This document shows positions 35,252 to 45,254 of a stretch of 64,000 bases of DNA, in pieces. The DNA is from Bryobacterales bacterium (GTDB lineage Bacteria > Acidobacteriota > Terriglobia > Bryobacterales > UBA6623). The DNA is taken from the NCBI GenBank assembly GCA_965216215.1, contig CBDCFO010000008.1:534726-598725 (forward strand), given 5' to 3'. The first letter of the stretch is position 1. The number at the start of each line of letters is the position of its first letter. The notes under the pieces were generated by a model that was not told where the DNA came from, did no database searches, and saw only the letters and a list, made by a program, of their open reading frames with translations. Both the position numbers and the translations under genes were made by a program.

Positions 35252-35944
35252 GCCAAAGTACTCGGAACCGCTGAAGCTTGGCGTGCGGGCTTCCCTGTGT
35301 TCGCATAGGCGGTGAGGGGTACTGACCCTCCGAAGCCAGTGTTGATGTCGTTGGTGGGACCGCAACTGTGCGCGATCGGCGATGCCGTGTTGGTTGTCAG
35401 GGTGAGGGGCGATCAGCTCTCGATCTCGTCAGCCGGCCTATTTCGGCATCGAGTTTCGACTCCCTGGCAGTCTGCACGAGCGTCACATGCAGCTCTTCCC
35501 GCGGGTCTGACAGCAAACGGGGGTGGCAGGGAATGACCTCTCCAGAGTCGCCGGAGCGCAGGGGGACGTCCCGGGCCGGGGGAGGAGGAGCCCCTGGGAG
35601 GCGCACATCCGCGGGCCCGCCCCACCGCTCGACACCCGGGTAGTGCGACGCCGGCACACCGACCACCAAGTACACACCAATGGCAGTTACGAAGATTCTC
35701 CCGTCTCTATTTGATGGCATTGTCCGCATCGCACTTCCACGCCTTTCTCTCTCGCGCCTCCTAATCCTCCTCCTCTCCACGTTCCCCGCCTACGACATCC
35801 CCGCATGGTCTCGCACTTGGCTGTCCACACAACCTCGCTGCGGGGGCCACTTGGACTCACGAATTCCAGGGAGGGCGGTGATCATGCTGGAAACACCATG
35901 CCTGATCCTTGACAGCAAGGAATAGCTCGCATTCGGATGTAGGC

Positions 35945-36214
35945 ATGCGCACGACAGTCACGCTAGTCCCAGATGCCGAACGCCTGATCCGGAACGCGAT
36001 GAAGCACTCGGGCCAGTCGTTCAAAGAGGTCCTGAACGAAGCGATTCCAGGAGGACTTGCGAACGAACGCATGACTCCGGAACGCCGATCATTTTCGATC
36101 GGACCGGGTGTTTGCTTGCCCCTGGATGCGGTGATCCCATGGCCTCGCAATACGCAGCCGGGTTCCACTCAGCTTCAGCCACAGCCGCGAGCTCGGTGTG
36201 AAGTGCTTGGGTAA
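35945..36214 (+). CDS. VapB-type antitoxin-like protein without a recognisable toxin partner
   Basis: MRTTVTLVPDAERLIRNAMKHSGQSFKEVLNEAI matches the MRTT..LD.D...L.R.A....G.S..E.LN.AI N-terminus of PIN-associated antitoxins. No PIN ORF appears in any frame over the next 350 nt. Confidence 0.5.
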   Translation: MRTTVTLVPDAERLIRNAMKHSGQSFKEVLNEAIPGGLANERMTPERRSFSIGPGVCLPLDAVIPWPRNTQPGSTQLQPQPRARCEVLG

Positions 36215-36571
36215 CTGATGGCATCCCCCAGTCCCGGCCTTCACATTCGCTTGCTGGTGCGTGCAGTCGTTGTCCGCGACCCAGTGGGTTTCGAGATCCG
36301 TCGCTACTTCACCGTCGAGTCGGCTGTTGCGCCGACCCCCTCGATCCGGACGATGGGGCGCAGCGCAAGCGGGCCCAGTTCCCGAGCCATTCCGTGCAAT
36401 CTGGACACGCCTCCGTGGTCGGCAGCCAGGGCAGGAATTTACATAATATCAAACATTTCCGGTGGTCCGGAAAGACACCGAAATATCATCTGATATAACT
36501 GATACTAAATGACTTAAAGAAAAATACCAAAGCCGTTTGCATTCCGATTTTCGAGTGTTATTGTAAATGAT

Positions 36572-37306
36572 ATGAAACGCACAATTACAAATTCAGTACT
36601 CATCGGAGCCGCAGTGCTGGCAACCGCCGGCCACGCGGCCACACACGCAACACCCAGTCACGAAGGGACCCACCCAATCGCCGGCCAGGCGGTCGGACGG
36701 ATCTCCATCACCAACCTGAGCAATCAGACGCTCGCTCCAATCGTAGTGGCAACGCACCGCCCGGGTGTGACGCCGATCTTCGTGCCCGGCCACGCTGCCA
36801 GCAATGAATTGGCGACGCTGGCCGAGACGGGCAGCCCCCAGGCCCTTGAAGTCCTGCTGAACACCGATCCCAGCGTGCTCTTCGCAACGCATCTGGCTGG
36901 CATGGCCACGGTCATCCGGCCCGGTGAGACGGTCAGCGGCGACTTCGTGTTCGATTTCGGCCATACGGCCGTGTCGGTCGCGGGCATGCTCGTGTCGACC
37001 AACGACGCATTCGTCGCCTACAACGGAGCCGCGATTCCGACGATCGGGACCAACACCTACTTGGCACATGCCTGGGACGCGGGCAGTGAGGCCAACACCG
37101 AGGCCTGTACGGATCTTCCAGGACCGCCCTGCTCTGAGGACAGCGGTAACGCCCGCGTGACCGAAGACGCCGAGGGTCTCGTGTTTATCCACCGTGGAAT
37201 CCACGGCACGGGAGACGTGACCCCGTCCCGGTACGACTGGCGCGGTCCGGTTGCGAGGATCACGGTCTCCGGTGTCGATCACGGCATTCCCAACCACTAC
37301 CACTAG
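36572..37306 (+). CDS. Spondin_N-domain secreted protein
   Basis: Signal peptide, then ISITNLSNQTLAPIVVATHRPGVTPIFVPGHAASNELATLAETGSPQALEVLL...IRPGETVSGDF...STNDAFV matches the bacterial spondin-domain pattern. An AT-rich upstream region precedes it. Confidence 0.65.
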   Translation: MKRTITNSVLIGAAVLATAGHAATHATPSHEGTHPIAGQAVGRISITNLSNQTLAPIVVATHRPGVTPIFVPGHAASNELATLAETGSPQALEVLLNTDPSVLFATHLAGMATVIRPGETVSGDFVFDFGHTAVSVAGMLVSTNDAFVAYNGAAIPTIGTNTYLAHAWDAGSEANTEACTDLPGPPCSEDSGNARVTEDAEGLVFIHRGIHGTGDVTPSRYDWRGPVARITVSGVDHGIPNHYH

Positions 37307-37773
37307 GAGTGGCAACGCAGGCAGGGATCCAGCCCTAGATGGTGCAAGGAATTGCAAGGAATCACGCGAAGGAGATGTCACCGTAGGCATCAAGGGCGGC
37401 GCGACCGGAGACTTCCTGCCTGGTGTCAGACCCAATCCGACCGCGCCGCCGACTATCTCGCAGAGCAACCTGCGCGGCCCCAGGACGGGAGCGGCAGCGA
37501 ACCGCTTCTCCTCGGTGGTCCGGACACCGACGGAACGGCCGTCAGGAGGTTTTCTATCCGTCCTGTCCCCTTCAAGTCAGGTGCCACAGCCCTGTTCGCC
37601 GTGACGGGCCTGATGGACGGCCCCGGACAGGCCGACCGGCCTTCAGCGACTGGCGGATGACTTGGCCCAAGGCGCGAGAAATGGCAGCAGTGAGAGCTCT
37701 CGGCGCAACCGTCGTCCGGGAGTGTCGTTGCTATCGGAATCGGTCACGGCATGGCGAACTCACTGGGGTCGCG

Positions 37774-37995
37774 TCAAGTCCACTCCGCAAGCCAGTTCTC
37801 CGCTCGAAAAGCCCCGATGTACTGCTCATTGACGGCGTTGACTACACCCTTGTTGAGAGCAGGGTAGCCGACCTTCGGGCGCAGGTCGGGGTTGGCCTCC
37901 CAACGGGCGTTAAGCAACGCCGGGTCCGCGCCCTCGAAGTCGACACCGGTGGAGATGGTGCCGCGGAGTTGATCCCCGTCTCCTGCTGGATCGCG
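37774..37995 (-). pseudogene. Start-less 73-codon open frame directly downstream of virB8-like (C-terminal stump of an unknown protein?)
   Basis: ...GTISTGVDFEGADPALLNARWEANPDLRPKVGYPALNKGVVNAVNEQYIGAFRAENWLAEWT* has protein-like composition. It is bounded upstream by an in-frame TGA (37996-37998). The only start is an internal TTG. Confidence 0.25.
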
Positions 37996-38038
37996 TCAGC
38001 AGCTTACCGCGGTTGCGCTGGCACGTGCATCCTGGTCG

Positions 38039-38689
38039 TCACTCCGCGATCCGGTCGCTGCGAAAGTACGTGACCGACAGACCGATCGGGTTGACCCCCA
38101 GCAGGTCCTGCGGCGGTTCCGGCAGGAACCGGAACTCGAACTCCGACGTCCACCGACTTCTGTCCAGTTCCCGGCCCGTCAAGTCGCGCCGGACCTCCGT
38201 GAAGTCCATGCGCGCGAGGAAGGGCTCCTCGCGCGAAGGCTGCACCTGCACTGCGCCGAGTTCCACCTCGATCTCGGGCCCTTCCCCGCTCATAAAGCGC
38301 GCCAGTTCCTTGCTGGTCTCCTGCTCAGACAGCAAGCGTCGCGCCAGCGTCCCGTCCAGAAACAACAGCGACCGCTTCCAGGCTTCCAGGGCCACTCCCC
38401 GGCGGCGCTCCCGGTGCAGCAGCAGGAAGCGCCGGAGGAAGTACTTCACCTCCGGCTTGGCCACGTCCGGGCGATAGGCCGCCGTGTCGTAGTCCACCAC
38501 TTCGGCCCTGCCAACTTCATCGATCCGCAGCACCAGCGGCGCCAGGTGCTCGAAGCGGTCAAACGTGCGCCAGCACAGCAGGAGCAGTCCGACGCACACC
38601 AAGGCCAGCGCGCCCAGAGCGAGCTTCAAATAGCGGTTCGTGGCCAGCACCTCTGCCCAGATTTCGGCATACGCCTCTTGTGCTTTCAT
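38039..38689 (-). CDS. virB8: VirB8/TrbF-family T4SS protein
   Basis: Start MKAQEAY with GGAGG upstream. One N-terminal TM (LALGALALVCVGLLLLCW) followed by an NTF2-like domain ending ...NPIGLSVTYFRSD. The longer ORF 38039-39181 overlaps virB6 and is rejected. Confidence 0.75.
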   Translation of the reverse strand: MKAQEAYAEIWAEVLATNRYLKLALGALALVCVGLLLLCWRTFDRFEHLAPLVLRIDEVGRAEVVDYDTAAYRPDVAKPEVKYFLRRFLLLHRERRRGVALEAWKRSLLFLDGTLARRLLSEQETSKELARFMSGEGPEIEVELGAVQVQPSREEPFLARMDFTEVRRDLTGRELDRSRWTSEFEFRFLPEPPQDLLGVNPIGLSVTYFRSDRIAE

Positions 38690-38703
38690 GCCTTCGCCTC
38701 CTC

Positions 38704-39591
38704 TCAGGAACCGAAGCGGCGCACGGCGGCCGTTGCGACCGCCCCCGCCCCGGAAGTGAAGCTGCCTCCGCCCTGGAACAGGGCGTTCGTCAGCGCATGG
38801 ACCTTGCCCATCGCCAGCACCGCCACGAGCAGCACGACGGCGGAGTAGAAAAACCAAGTGACCTGCGCGGCGAGCCCCGCGGGCACGGCGCGCCAGACGC
38901 CGTCGAGCATGAACGAGGTCAAAGCCAAGAACGTCCAGCCAACAGCCGTGTAAAACGAGAACTGCAAGTACGAACGCAGCCAGCCCCAGAACAGGAAGTC
39001 CATGCGCGGCACGAACAGCCATGGAATGAACAGCGGCCCGAGCACGGCGCAGGCGCCGGCCGCGACGCGGCCGGCTGCGATCGTGGCAATCAGCAACGCC
39101 GTGCAGGCCGTGTTGAACAGCAGGATCACGAACGTCCACACCAGCGATGCCGCGCCGCTCAAGAAGTCGAAGAAGCTCCATGACGTCAGATCCGTCCAGC
39201 CGTCGTGAAATGCCCGCGCGAAGTTCCAGTTGATGAATCCGTCGATCTGCCGGGCGTAGAAATCGGCCGCGCGAATCGGAAGCGTCGAGAAGGGCATGCC
39301 GAGTCCCGGCACGTCAACCACGTAGAACCGCAGCATCGCCAGGCTGAACGACATCGCTAGGACCAGCGGCAGGAATCGCGACCACGGCAAGCCCTGGCCC
39401 CCGAAAGCGGTCTGGATCCCGAACCAAGCCACGGTAAGCGCTGCCAGCGCCTGGAACAGCAGCAGGCCTTCGCCGACAAAGACCGGGACCATGCCGTTGA
39501 TCGCGGTGTCGATCGCGGCGAACGCCCAGGTCAGCGGGAACTCGGTCGGGTCCGTGGGCGGGACTGCTGGCGGGGTAGGCAGGAATTGCAC
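38704..39591 (-). CDS. virB6: VirB6/TrbL-family polytopic T4SS protein
   Basis: Multiple TM segments, Trp-rich (WFGIQTAF, FIPWLFVPRMDFLFWGWLRSYLQFSFYTAVGW) and a Gly-rich tail. GTG start. Confidence 0.7.
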   Translation of the reverse strand: MQFLPTPPAVPPTDPTEFPLTWAFAAIDTAINGMVPVFVGEGLLLFQALAALTVAWFGIQTAFGGQGLPWSRFLPLVLAMSFSLAMLRFYVVDVPGLGMPFSTLPIRAADFYARQIDGFINWNFARAFHDGWTDLTSWSFFDFLSGAASLVWTFVILLFNTACTALLIATIAAGRVAAGACAVLGPLFIPWLFVPRMDFLFWGWLRSYLQFSFYTAVGWTFLALTSFMLDGVWRAVPAGLAAQVTWFFYSAVVLLVAVLAMGKVHALTNALFQGGGSFTSGAGAVATAAVRRFGS

Positions 39592-39615
39592 GATGGTCGC
39601 TCCTGGTCAGCCCCG

Positions 39616-40476
39616 TTACGGCATCCGCCAGTTCGGCACCGGCACGGCGACCGCTTGAGCGCGGTAGTCGGCCGCCGCCTGCATCGATCGGGCCATGCGG
39701 TCGCGATCGCGCTTCAGCCCGGCGAACTCGGCTTCGAGCAGGGCGTCGAGGATCTGGTTTGTCTGCTCGGTGCCGTGCACTTGGCGCACCTGGCCCACGG
39801 CCACCTTGCCGAGCAGGGCCGGCATGGCCTGGGCGGCATTAGCCGGATCCAGGGCGGACGCCTCGAGTTCGCCGTGTGCCCGCCGCCGCTCCGGGGCGAG
39901 GCGACGCAGCTCCCCGAGGACCGCCAGAGAGCGGACCGAGGCGGCGTCCGCCAGTTCCAGCGTGGCGTGCTCTCGCCGGACTTGATCCTGCCAAGGTCCC
40001 GGCAGACTCGGGAGCGCCCCGCTCCAGTTCGGCACCGAAACCCCGGCGGATCCGTAAGCAGCCACGGCCGCGGCAGGACTCGATTGGCCGTTCAAGGCGC
40101 GCGCCCACGCCCCGCTCGTCCCGAATCGGTTCGCGGCGGTGGTACGCAGCCAGTCGCTCGCGTCGGCCCGGAAGCGCCCGAGGCTGCCGAGATCGCGCAG
40201 CGTGCCGGCAATGCCGGAGTAGTGGTCCAGCGTGCTGCTGGCCATCGACTGGATGCGCTGCAACTCCGCCAGGCGCTCCTTGGCCGCGTCAACCACCGGC
40301 TTGGCCGCCTTGATCGTCACGGGCATCAGCCCGGAAGCGCTCAGCCCGCCCGACGAGAACCCGAAGGCGCTGCCAACCGCGTTGCCGAGGCTGGAGAAGA
40401 ACGCGCCCCAGAACGGGGTCGCGGGTGCTGCGATCAGCAGCGTCAAGATGCAAAGTGCGACGAGTTTCCTATTCAT
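39616..40476 (-). CDS. Secreted coiled-coil protein in the VirB5/TrbJ position
   Basis: Signal peptide MNRKLVALCILTLLIAAPA. An alpha-helical Ala/Leu-rich protein of about 285 aa. Assignment is by position and size only. Confidence 0.4.
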   Translation of the reverse strand: MNRKLVALCILTLLIAAPATPFWGAFFSSLGNAVGSAFGFSSGGLSASGLMPVTIKAAKPVVDAAKERLAELQRIQSMASSTLDHYSGIAGTLRDLGSLGRFRADASDWLRTTAANRFGTSGAWARALNGQSSPAAAVAAYGSAGVSVPNWSGALPSLPGPWQDQVRREHATLELADAASVRSLAVLGELRRLAPERRRAHGELEASALDPANAAQAMPALLGKVAVGQVRQVHGTEQTNQILDALLEAEFAGLKRDRDRMARSMQAAADYRAQAVAVPVPNWRMP

Positions 40477-41698
40477 GATTTTCTCCTTCAATGGGGATTG
40501 CCGCGGCCGGGCCGCGCCAGGTTCGGTAGGCCGGGAGTTGTAGGTCCGCAGTCAGGTAGATGCGAAGCCTGTGCCCTTCCCGGACGGTCAGCTTGGGCAT
40601 GCGGTTGAGATAGCGGTCCAGAATGCGCTCTGCCGCCCCGGCGAGACCCGAGCCGGCTGCGAGGCGAGCCGACCCGAAGCCCGACGTGTAGGCGTCGTGC
40701 GGACTGGCTGCTTGCGTTAGCCCGGCCAGCGCGCCGACCGCGCCTGCAGCCGCGATCGCCGATGCGTAGCGGCGGTTCACGATGTCCTTCAGACCCGTCT
40801 CGCCCATCTGGTTAAGGCCCGGACTCCGGTCGAGGTGCACGGAACTGCCGTCCGGCAGAACCAGCCTGTGAAACACGACGGCCAGCCGGGACTGGTCGCG
40901 TTCCTCGATCTGGTGTGCCATGCCAAGCGCCCGGGTGCCGCGCGGCACAAGCAGGCGCTGCCGCGTACGGTCATGTTGATCGGCCGAGACCATTGCGTTG
41001 ACCGGTCCCGCGAAGTCTCCGCTCAGGCGGTTTGTCAGGACCGCCTCCAGGAACTCGCCTTCGGACAGTGTGTGCAATTCCTCTTCCGGGCTAGGGGATT
41101 CGGCCTCGCGAGGCTCCTCGCCTGTGGAAACGAGAACCGGAGCTACAGCCGCGGTTGGGGGCAGGGCCTCCGGGACGGGGTTCCCGCCGTCTTCCGACGA
41201 ACTGCTAGGATTCGGTTCTGGCCTTGGCCCTCCCTCGCTCCTGCGGCTCTGGACAAGCGGCGGCGTTCGCAGCGATTCGTACTGTCGCAGGCGCTCCTGA
41301 CGCGCGATTTGCTCCTCCGGTCCGAGCGCATGAGCAGCGTCCGCAGCTGCCGGGTCATACCCGCCGGCAGTCCGGGTCAGGGGCGTGGGTGGATGCGGCA
41401 GTCCGTCCGGACGCGGCTCCGGCACGTCCGTGTCCGCCTCGAAGCGCCGCGCGGACACTCGCGCGGCTTCTTCCTCGATGCGTTGCGCGGCGCTCTCCAC
41501 CAACCCCGGGCCGACGACCGACCCTCCCGGCATTGAAGGCGGGGCGGCGGGTTCGCCCGCCGACGGCGTCGGTGGTTCTCCCGGAAATGTCAGTAACGCG
41601 GTCACGATCGCGGCCGTCACTCCGAGCAGCAGCCACGTCCGCGCCCGCGCCGGCAGAGCGCCGGCCGGCTTCGGAATACGGTCCAGGATACGCTTCAT
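40469..41698 (-). CDS. virB10: VirB10/TrbI-family T4SS protein
   Basis: N-terminal TM, a Pro-rich linker and a C-terminal TrbI barrel: LLVPRGTRALGMAHQIEERDQSRLAVVFHRLVLPDGSSVHLDRSPGLNQMGETGLKDIVNRRY...TVREGHRLRIYL. Confidence 0.85.
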   Translation of the reverse strand: MKRILDRIPKPAGALPARARTWLLLGVTAAIVTALLTFPGEPPTPSAGEPAAPPSMPGGSVVGPGLVESAAQRIEEEAARVSARRFEADTDVPEPRPDGLPHPPTPLTRTAGGYDPAAADAAHALGPEEQIARQERLRQYESLRTPPLVQSRRSEGGPRPEPNPSSSSEDGGNPVPEALPPTAAVAPVLVSTGEEPREAESPSPEEELHTLSEGEFLEAVLTNRLSGDFAGPVNAMVSADQHDRTRQRLLVPRGTRALGMAHQIEERDQSRLAVVFHRLVLPDGSSVHLDRSPGLNQMGETGLKDIVNRRYASAIAAAGAVGALAGLTQAASPHDAYTSGFGSARLAAGSGLAGAAERILDRYLNRMPKLTVREGHRLRIYLTADLQLPAYRTWRGPAAAIPIEGENHE

Positions 41699-42516
41699 CG
41701 GAGGCCGCCCCGCCCGTCCCGCAACCTCCTGAAACGCAGCTGGCGCTTGCCGATCTGCAGCCAGCCGTCCCCCAGCGGGCGTCGGGTCACGTACAAACCG
41801 TCGGCGAAGTCATAGGGCACCAGCGAAGGCTTTCCGTCCCGCGATTCGTACAGTGCGGGGGCCTCCTCGGGATCCGCCGCGATGTAGGTGAAGCGATCGT
41901 CCCGCCACATCGCCCGAACCCCGAAAGGGGCCGTCGCAGCCCGCTCGTCAAGCTCGTAGTCGAATCGCAGGGTGGCCGGATAGGCCGCCCGGAACGCCGC
42001 CACTCCCTCCTCGATTTCGCGTTCGGCCCGTTGAACGGCGTCACGGGCCTGCTTCCGTGCCTCGGCCGCGTCCCGCTCGAGCGCCGCCGCTTCCCCGCGC
42101 GGCTCGAAACCCAACGGTTCCAGATCGGCCAGTAACTCCTCGCCGGTCCCTGCCGGCCGCAGGAACAGCTTCAGGTCGGGCTCGCCCTCCCCGCCGGTTT
42201 CGCGAAACAGCAGCGTGTAGACGTTGCCGCGATCGGTCACCAGGGTCACGTTCGTGCTGACACCCTCGGCGGTCGGTTTCACAAAGGCCAGGTTGGCCGC
42301 GCCCTGGACGCTCCAGTACTCGGCGTCGCCGCAGACCCAGTCCAGGATCCGCTCTCCGGGCGGCAGCGCCACCACGGTCGCGAAGCGCACGCGGGCGCGC
42401 GCCTCGATGACGTCTTCGGGCCCGGCCTCCACGGTGCGCGCATCCAAACGCACGCCCGCCAGCAGCATTGCTGCCAGTGCCGCCGCCGAGGCGGTTCGCA
42501 AGTGTGGGATTCGCAT
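41695..42516 (-). CDS. virB9: VirB9/TrbG-family T4SS protein
   Basis: Signal peptide. VRFATVVALPPGERILDWVCGDAEYWSVQGAANLAFVKPTAEGVSTNVTLVTDRGNVYTLLF, and C-terminal VRAMWRDDRFTYIAADPEEAPALYESRDGKPSLVPYDFADGLYV. Confidence 0.8.
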   Translation of the reverse strand: MRIPHLRTASAAALAAMLLAGVRLDARTVEAGPEDVIEARARVRFATVVALPPGERILDWVCGDAEYWSVQGAANLAFVKPTAEGVSTNVTLVTDRGNVYTLLFRETGGEGEPDLKLFLRPAGTGEELLADLEPLGFEPRGEAAALERDAAEARKQARDAVQRAEREIEEGVAAFRAAYPATLRFDYELDERAATAPFGVRAMWRDDRFTYIAADPEEAPALYESRDGKPSLVPYDFADGLYVTRRPLGDGWLQIGKRQLRFRRLRDGRGGLR

Positions 42517-42522
42517 TGTTTT

Positions 42523-44937
42523 TCAGTCCTCCGTCAGCGAGTCGAGGCCGCGCTCGAATCCGAGTTCGCGAATGGCGTCACGGCGGCGGGCGGCCTCGAG
42601 GGGGTTGGTTGTGTAGAGCCAGTAGCTGCGCCGGTCGACTCCGAGTTCCAGCACCTGAGCCGCGCCCGGCCTGTGCAGCAGCAACTGGCGTTTCGGTACG
42701 AGCGTCCGGACGGCCTGCGCTTCGGCAGGCCGCAGCCCGAACGCCTCGGCGTACTCAGAGGCATCCGCCTCGGGGTTCGCCAGGAAGATTTTCGTCAGGC
42801 AGCTCTCCGCCACCGTGCGGCACAGGCCGGCGTCGCGCACGGCGTCTCCCGGGGATTGCGTCGCCAGGACCACCCCGGCGTTGCACTTGCGCCAAGTCTT
42901 GAGACCCTCGGAAAGGTACGCCCCGATGCGCGGATCGGCCAGGAAACGCCAGGCCTCGTCGACCACGAGCAGCTTCCAACGCTCCAGTTCGGCTGGCGCG
43001 GCGACCGCCGCGCCAAGGCGGTGCAGCAAGTAGTACAGCAGCGCCCGGGCGAGGTCCGGCTTGCCGGCCGCCCCTGCTAGGTCAAGCGCCTGCCAGTCGG
43101 CCAGTGTCAGCGTGTCCTCGGCATTGTCGAAGACGGCGCCGCGAACGCCGTCGGACGTCCACGCCCCGAGCGGGGCACGCAGCGTCGACGGCAGCAGTTC
43201 GCGTAGCGAGGAGAGCGTGCGCGCGCCCGGCTCGAGCTCATACAGCGCCAGCACCTGCGAGCGGACCTCGGCGCGTTCTCGCGAGTCGCAGGTCTTGCCC
43301 TCGATGTCCAGCAGGAGGCGCACGAATGATTCCAGGAACTGCAGGTTGTCCGGCGTGGGAGCCAACGCCCGGAACGGATTGAGGCGGCACGATGGCTCGC
43401 CATCTCCGGGCGCCAGGTCGAGGTAGGCCCCGCCGACCAGTTCAGTGAGCTGGCGGTACGAGCCGCCCAGATCGAGGATGCACACCCGCGGCGAGTACTT
43501 GCGCGCCTGCGCCAAGAGGAAGTTGAGCAGGAAGCTCTTGCCCGATCCCGTCGCACCCACCACCAGCGCGTGCGAGATGTCGCCGGAGTGTGCGGTGAAG
43601 TAGTACGGCGTCCGGCGGCGGGTCTCGAAGACCGCCCAGTGCTCGTCCCCGAGATGATCGTCCCGGACACTGCCCTCCGGCACCGCCCATAGCGGCGCGA
43701 GATCGGCTGCCACGGCCGCAGACAGGTAGTTGCAGCGCAATTGTCGGGCATGACCTCCCGGCGCCATCGCAAACCACGCGTTGAGACCGTTGTACGTCTC
43801 GCGGTGAAAGCGCGCGTCGGCCGCGGCGGCGATGCGCAGCAATTCCGGGCGAACCGCATCCAGTTCACCGGGTCTCCCGCCCCGCAGGGCGACACCGAGG
43901 CTGTGATCGCCAAAGGGCAGGCCCTCGACCTCGAGTTCGCGAAGGGCCTCGCCCAACTGGTCTGCCTCGGCTTCCGCCGCGCGGTCCTCGAGCGCACCAC
44001 GGGCCTGCGGAGATGCCGAATCCCCGGATGCATGCGCCATCATGCTGTAGCGTTTCTGGTGGTAGTGGCGCCGCGCGCCCCGGATGCGGCGCCCCGACGA
44101 CGCTGTGTCCTCCCTGCGCCATTCGGCCGCTAGATCGAGTTCGGCGTCGAGATCGAGAATCCCGCCAAACAGATGCGCCCGGGTGACTGACGGCGGGTCC
44201 AGCAAGGCGTAAGTCTCGACTCGCTCGTCGTCGACCAGCAGGTGGTCGCGGTAAGCCTCGAGATCGCTGAGTGCGAGCTGGCGGTCCAGCCCGTCCGCTC
44301 CCAGCGATCGCGCCGTTTCCGCTGCCTTCCGCGAGTTCGCTGACAGTGCGAGATCACGGAACAGGTCCTCGCAGCGCAGCGGCTCGAGGGGGGTAACGTC
44401 GTCCACCAGTCCGCGAAACGCCGCCACGGCGCTTTCGAAGCGCTCGCAGGCGTCGGCGACCTGTCCAGCCAGAAGCCTACGCGTGCGGTCCGGCGAGAGC
44501 CACAGGCCGGCTGCCGCGACCAGCGACCGCGCCCAGCCAGCCCCCGCCTCGCGCGGTGGTTGCGGCGACAGGCGCGGGTCCCACAGCCAGAACACGGACG
44601 CTTCGATCGAGTACAAGCCCTTCCCGATCAGGGCGGCATTGCGAGTGTTCTGCGCGCGCGCGGAGAGGGCATCGCCAGCTACTCGCTGCGGCAGCGCCGC
44701 GAGCCGCCGCTTGCGTGCGTGCCATCGGATCCGCCACCCCGGCGCGAGGCTCTTCAGTGCCAGCGTCCACCGCAGCGCCACGCTGTCCAGGTCGTCCGCC
44801 GCCCGGCATTCGAACGGCGCGCCCTGCAACCGAGCCCCGGCAAGCAGTTCGCCGCGCTTGGTTAGCACGGCACCTTCACTGGCGTAGCCGAACCAAGGCA
44901 GTTCCGCGTGTAGCGGAAACGCTCCCTCGCGGCTCAT
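42523..44937 (-). CDS. virB4: VirB4/TrbE-family T4SS ATPase
   Basis: 804 aa. Walker A is VVGATGSGKSFLLNFLL and Walker B is LLVVDEAWRFL. C-terminal TQSPGD motif. Confidence 0.95.
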   Translation of the reverse strand: MSREGAFPLHAELPWFGYASEGAVLTKRGELLAGARLQGAPFECRAADDLDSVALRWTLALKSLAPGWRIRWHARKRRLAALPQRVAGDALSARAQNTRNAALIGKGLYSIEASVFWLWDPRLSPQPPREAGAGWARSLVAAAGLWLSPDRTRRLLAGQVADACERFESAVAAFRGLVDDVTPLEPLRCEDLFRDLALSANSRKAAETARSLGADGLDRQLALSDLEAYRDHLLVDDERVETYALLDPPSVTRAHLFGGILDLDAELDLAAEWRREDTASSGRRIRGARRHYHQKRYSMMAHASGDSASPQARGALEDRAAEAEADQLGEALRELEVEGLPFGDHSLGVALRGGRPGELDAVRPELLRIAAAADARFHRETYNGLNAWFAMAPGGHARQLRCNYLSAAVAADLAPLWAVPEGSVRDDHLGDEHWAVFETRRRTPYYFTAHSGDISHALVVGATGSGKSFLLNFLLAQARKYSPRVCILDLGGSYRQLTELVGGAYLDLAPGDGEPSCRLNPFRALAPTPDNLQFLESFVRLLLDIEGKTCDSRERAEVRSQVLALYELEPGARTLSSLRELLPSTLRAPLGAWTSDGVRGAVFDNAEDTLTLADWQALDLAGAAGKPDLARALLYYLLHRLGAAVAAPAELERWKLLVVDEAWRFLADPRIGAYLSEGLKTWRKCNAGVVLATQSPGDAVRDAGLCRTVAESCLTKIFLANPEADASEYAEAFGLRPAEAQAVRTLVPKRQLLLHRPGAAQVLELGVDRRSYWLYTTNPLEAARRRDAIRELGFERGLDSLTED

Positions 44938-45254
44938 GACGTTTCCCCCGTGACAATCTCAGCTGCCCCGGGACCGTCCGATCGCAGCGCCGGGTCGTAG
45001 CGCTGACCGCATGCGGCCGAGCGCAGCAGCACCATTGGCAGGGCGGGGTCGCCCCTAGTCGCCAGCAGGCCCGCACCGTAGCCGAAGGCGAACAGCACAA
45101 TGCCGGCCACGGGCGCGTTGAATGAAGAGAAGGCCGCCGCCCCGGCACAGGCGGCCCCCAGGAACAGCCGCCGCTCGCAGCCCATCACGGTCAGCGGACG
45201 GCTCAAGGCCGGGTAGGCGAGGTGCCTCGCGGGCGTGCCCGAGGACGTGCTCAT
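44934..45254 (-). CDS. virB3: VirB3/TrbD-like small membrane protein
   Basis: LSRPLTVMGCERRLFLGAACAGAAAF...GIVLFAFGYGAGLLA. ATGA overlaps with both neighbours. Size and position are typical of VirB3. Confidence 0.6.
   Translation of the reverse strand: MSTSSGTPARHLAYPALSRPLTVMGCERRLFLGAACAGAAAFSSFNAPVAGIVLFAFGYGAGLLATRGDPALPMVLLRSAACGQRYDPALRSDGPGAAEIVTGETS

Noticed and set aside
35397-35780. 127-aa minus-strand ORF (MERRRIRRRE...RIFVTAIGVYLVVGVPASHYPGVERWGG...) as a gene
   Set aside because: No family was recognised. It has a highly basic low-complexity N-terminus, overlaps several equally long alternative frames, and lies in a region that otherwise looks like decayed intergenic DNA.
38690-39181. 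N-terminal 164 codons of ORF 38039-39181
   Set aside because: The stretch is Arg/Gly-rich, overlaps the virB6-like gene in another frame, and an internal ATG (38689) has a GGAGG Shine-Dalgarno. Only 38039-38689 is kept as virB8-like.
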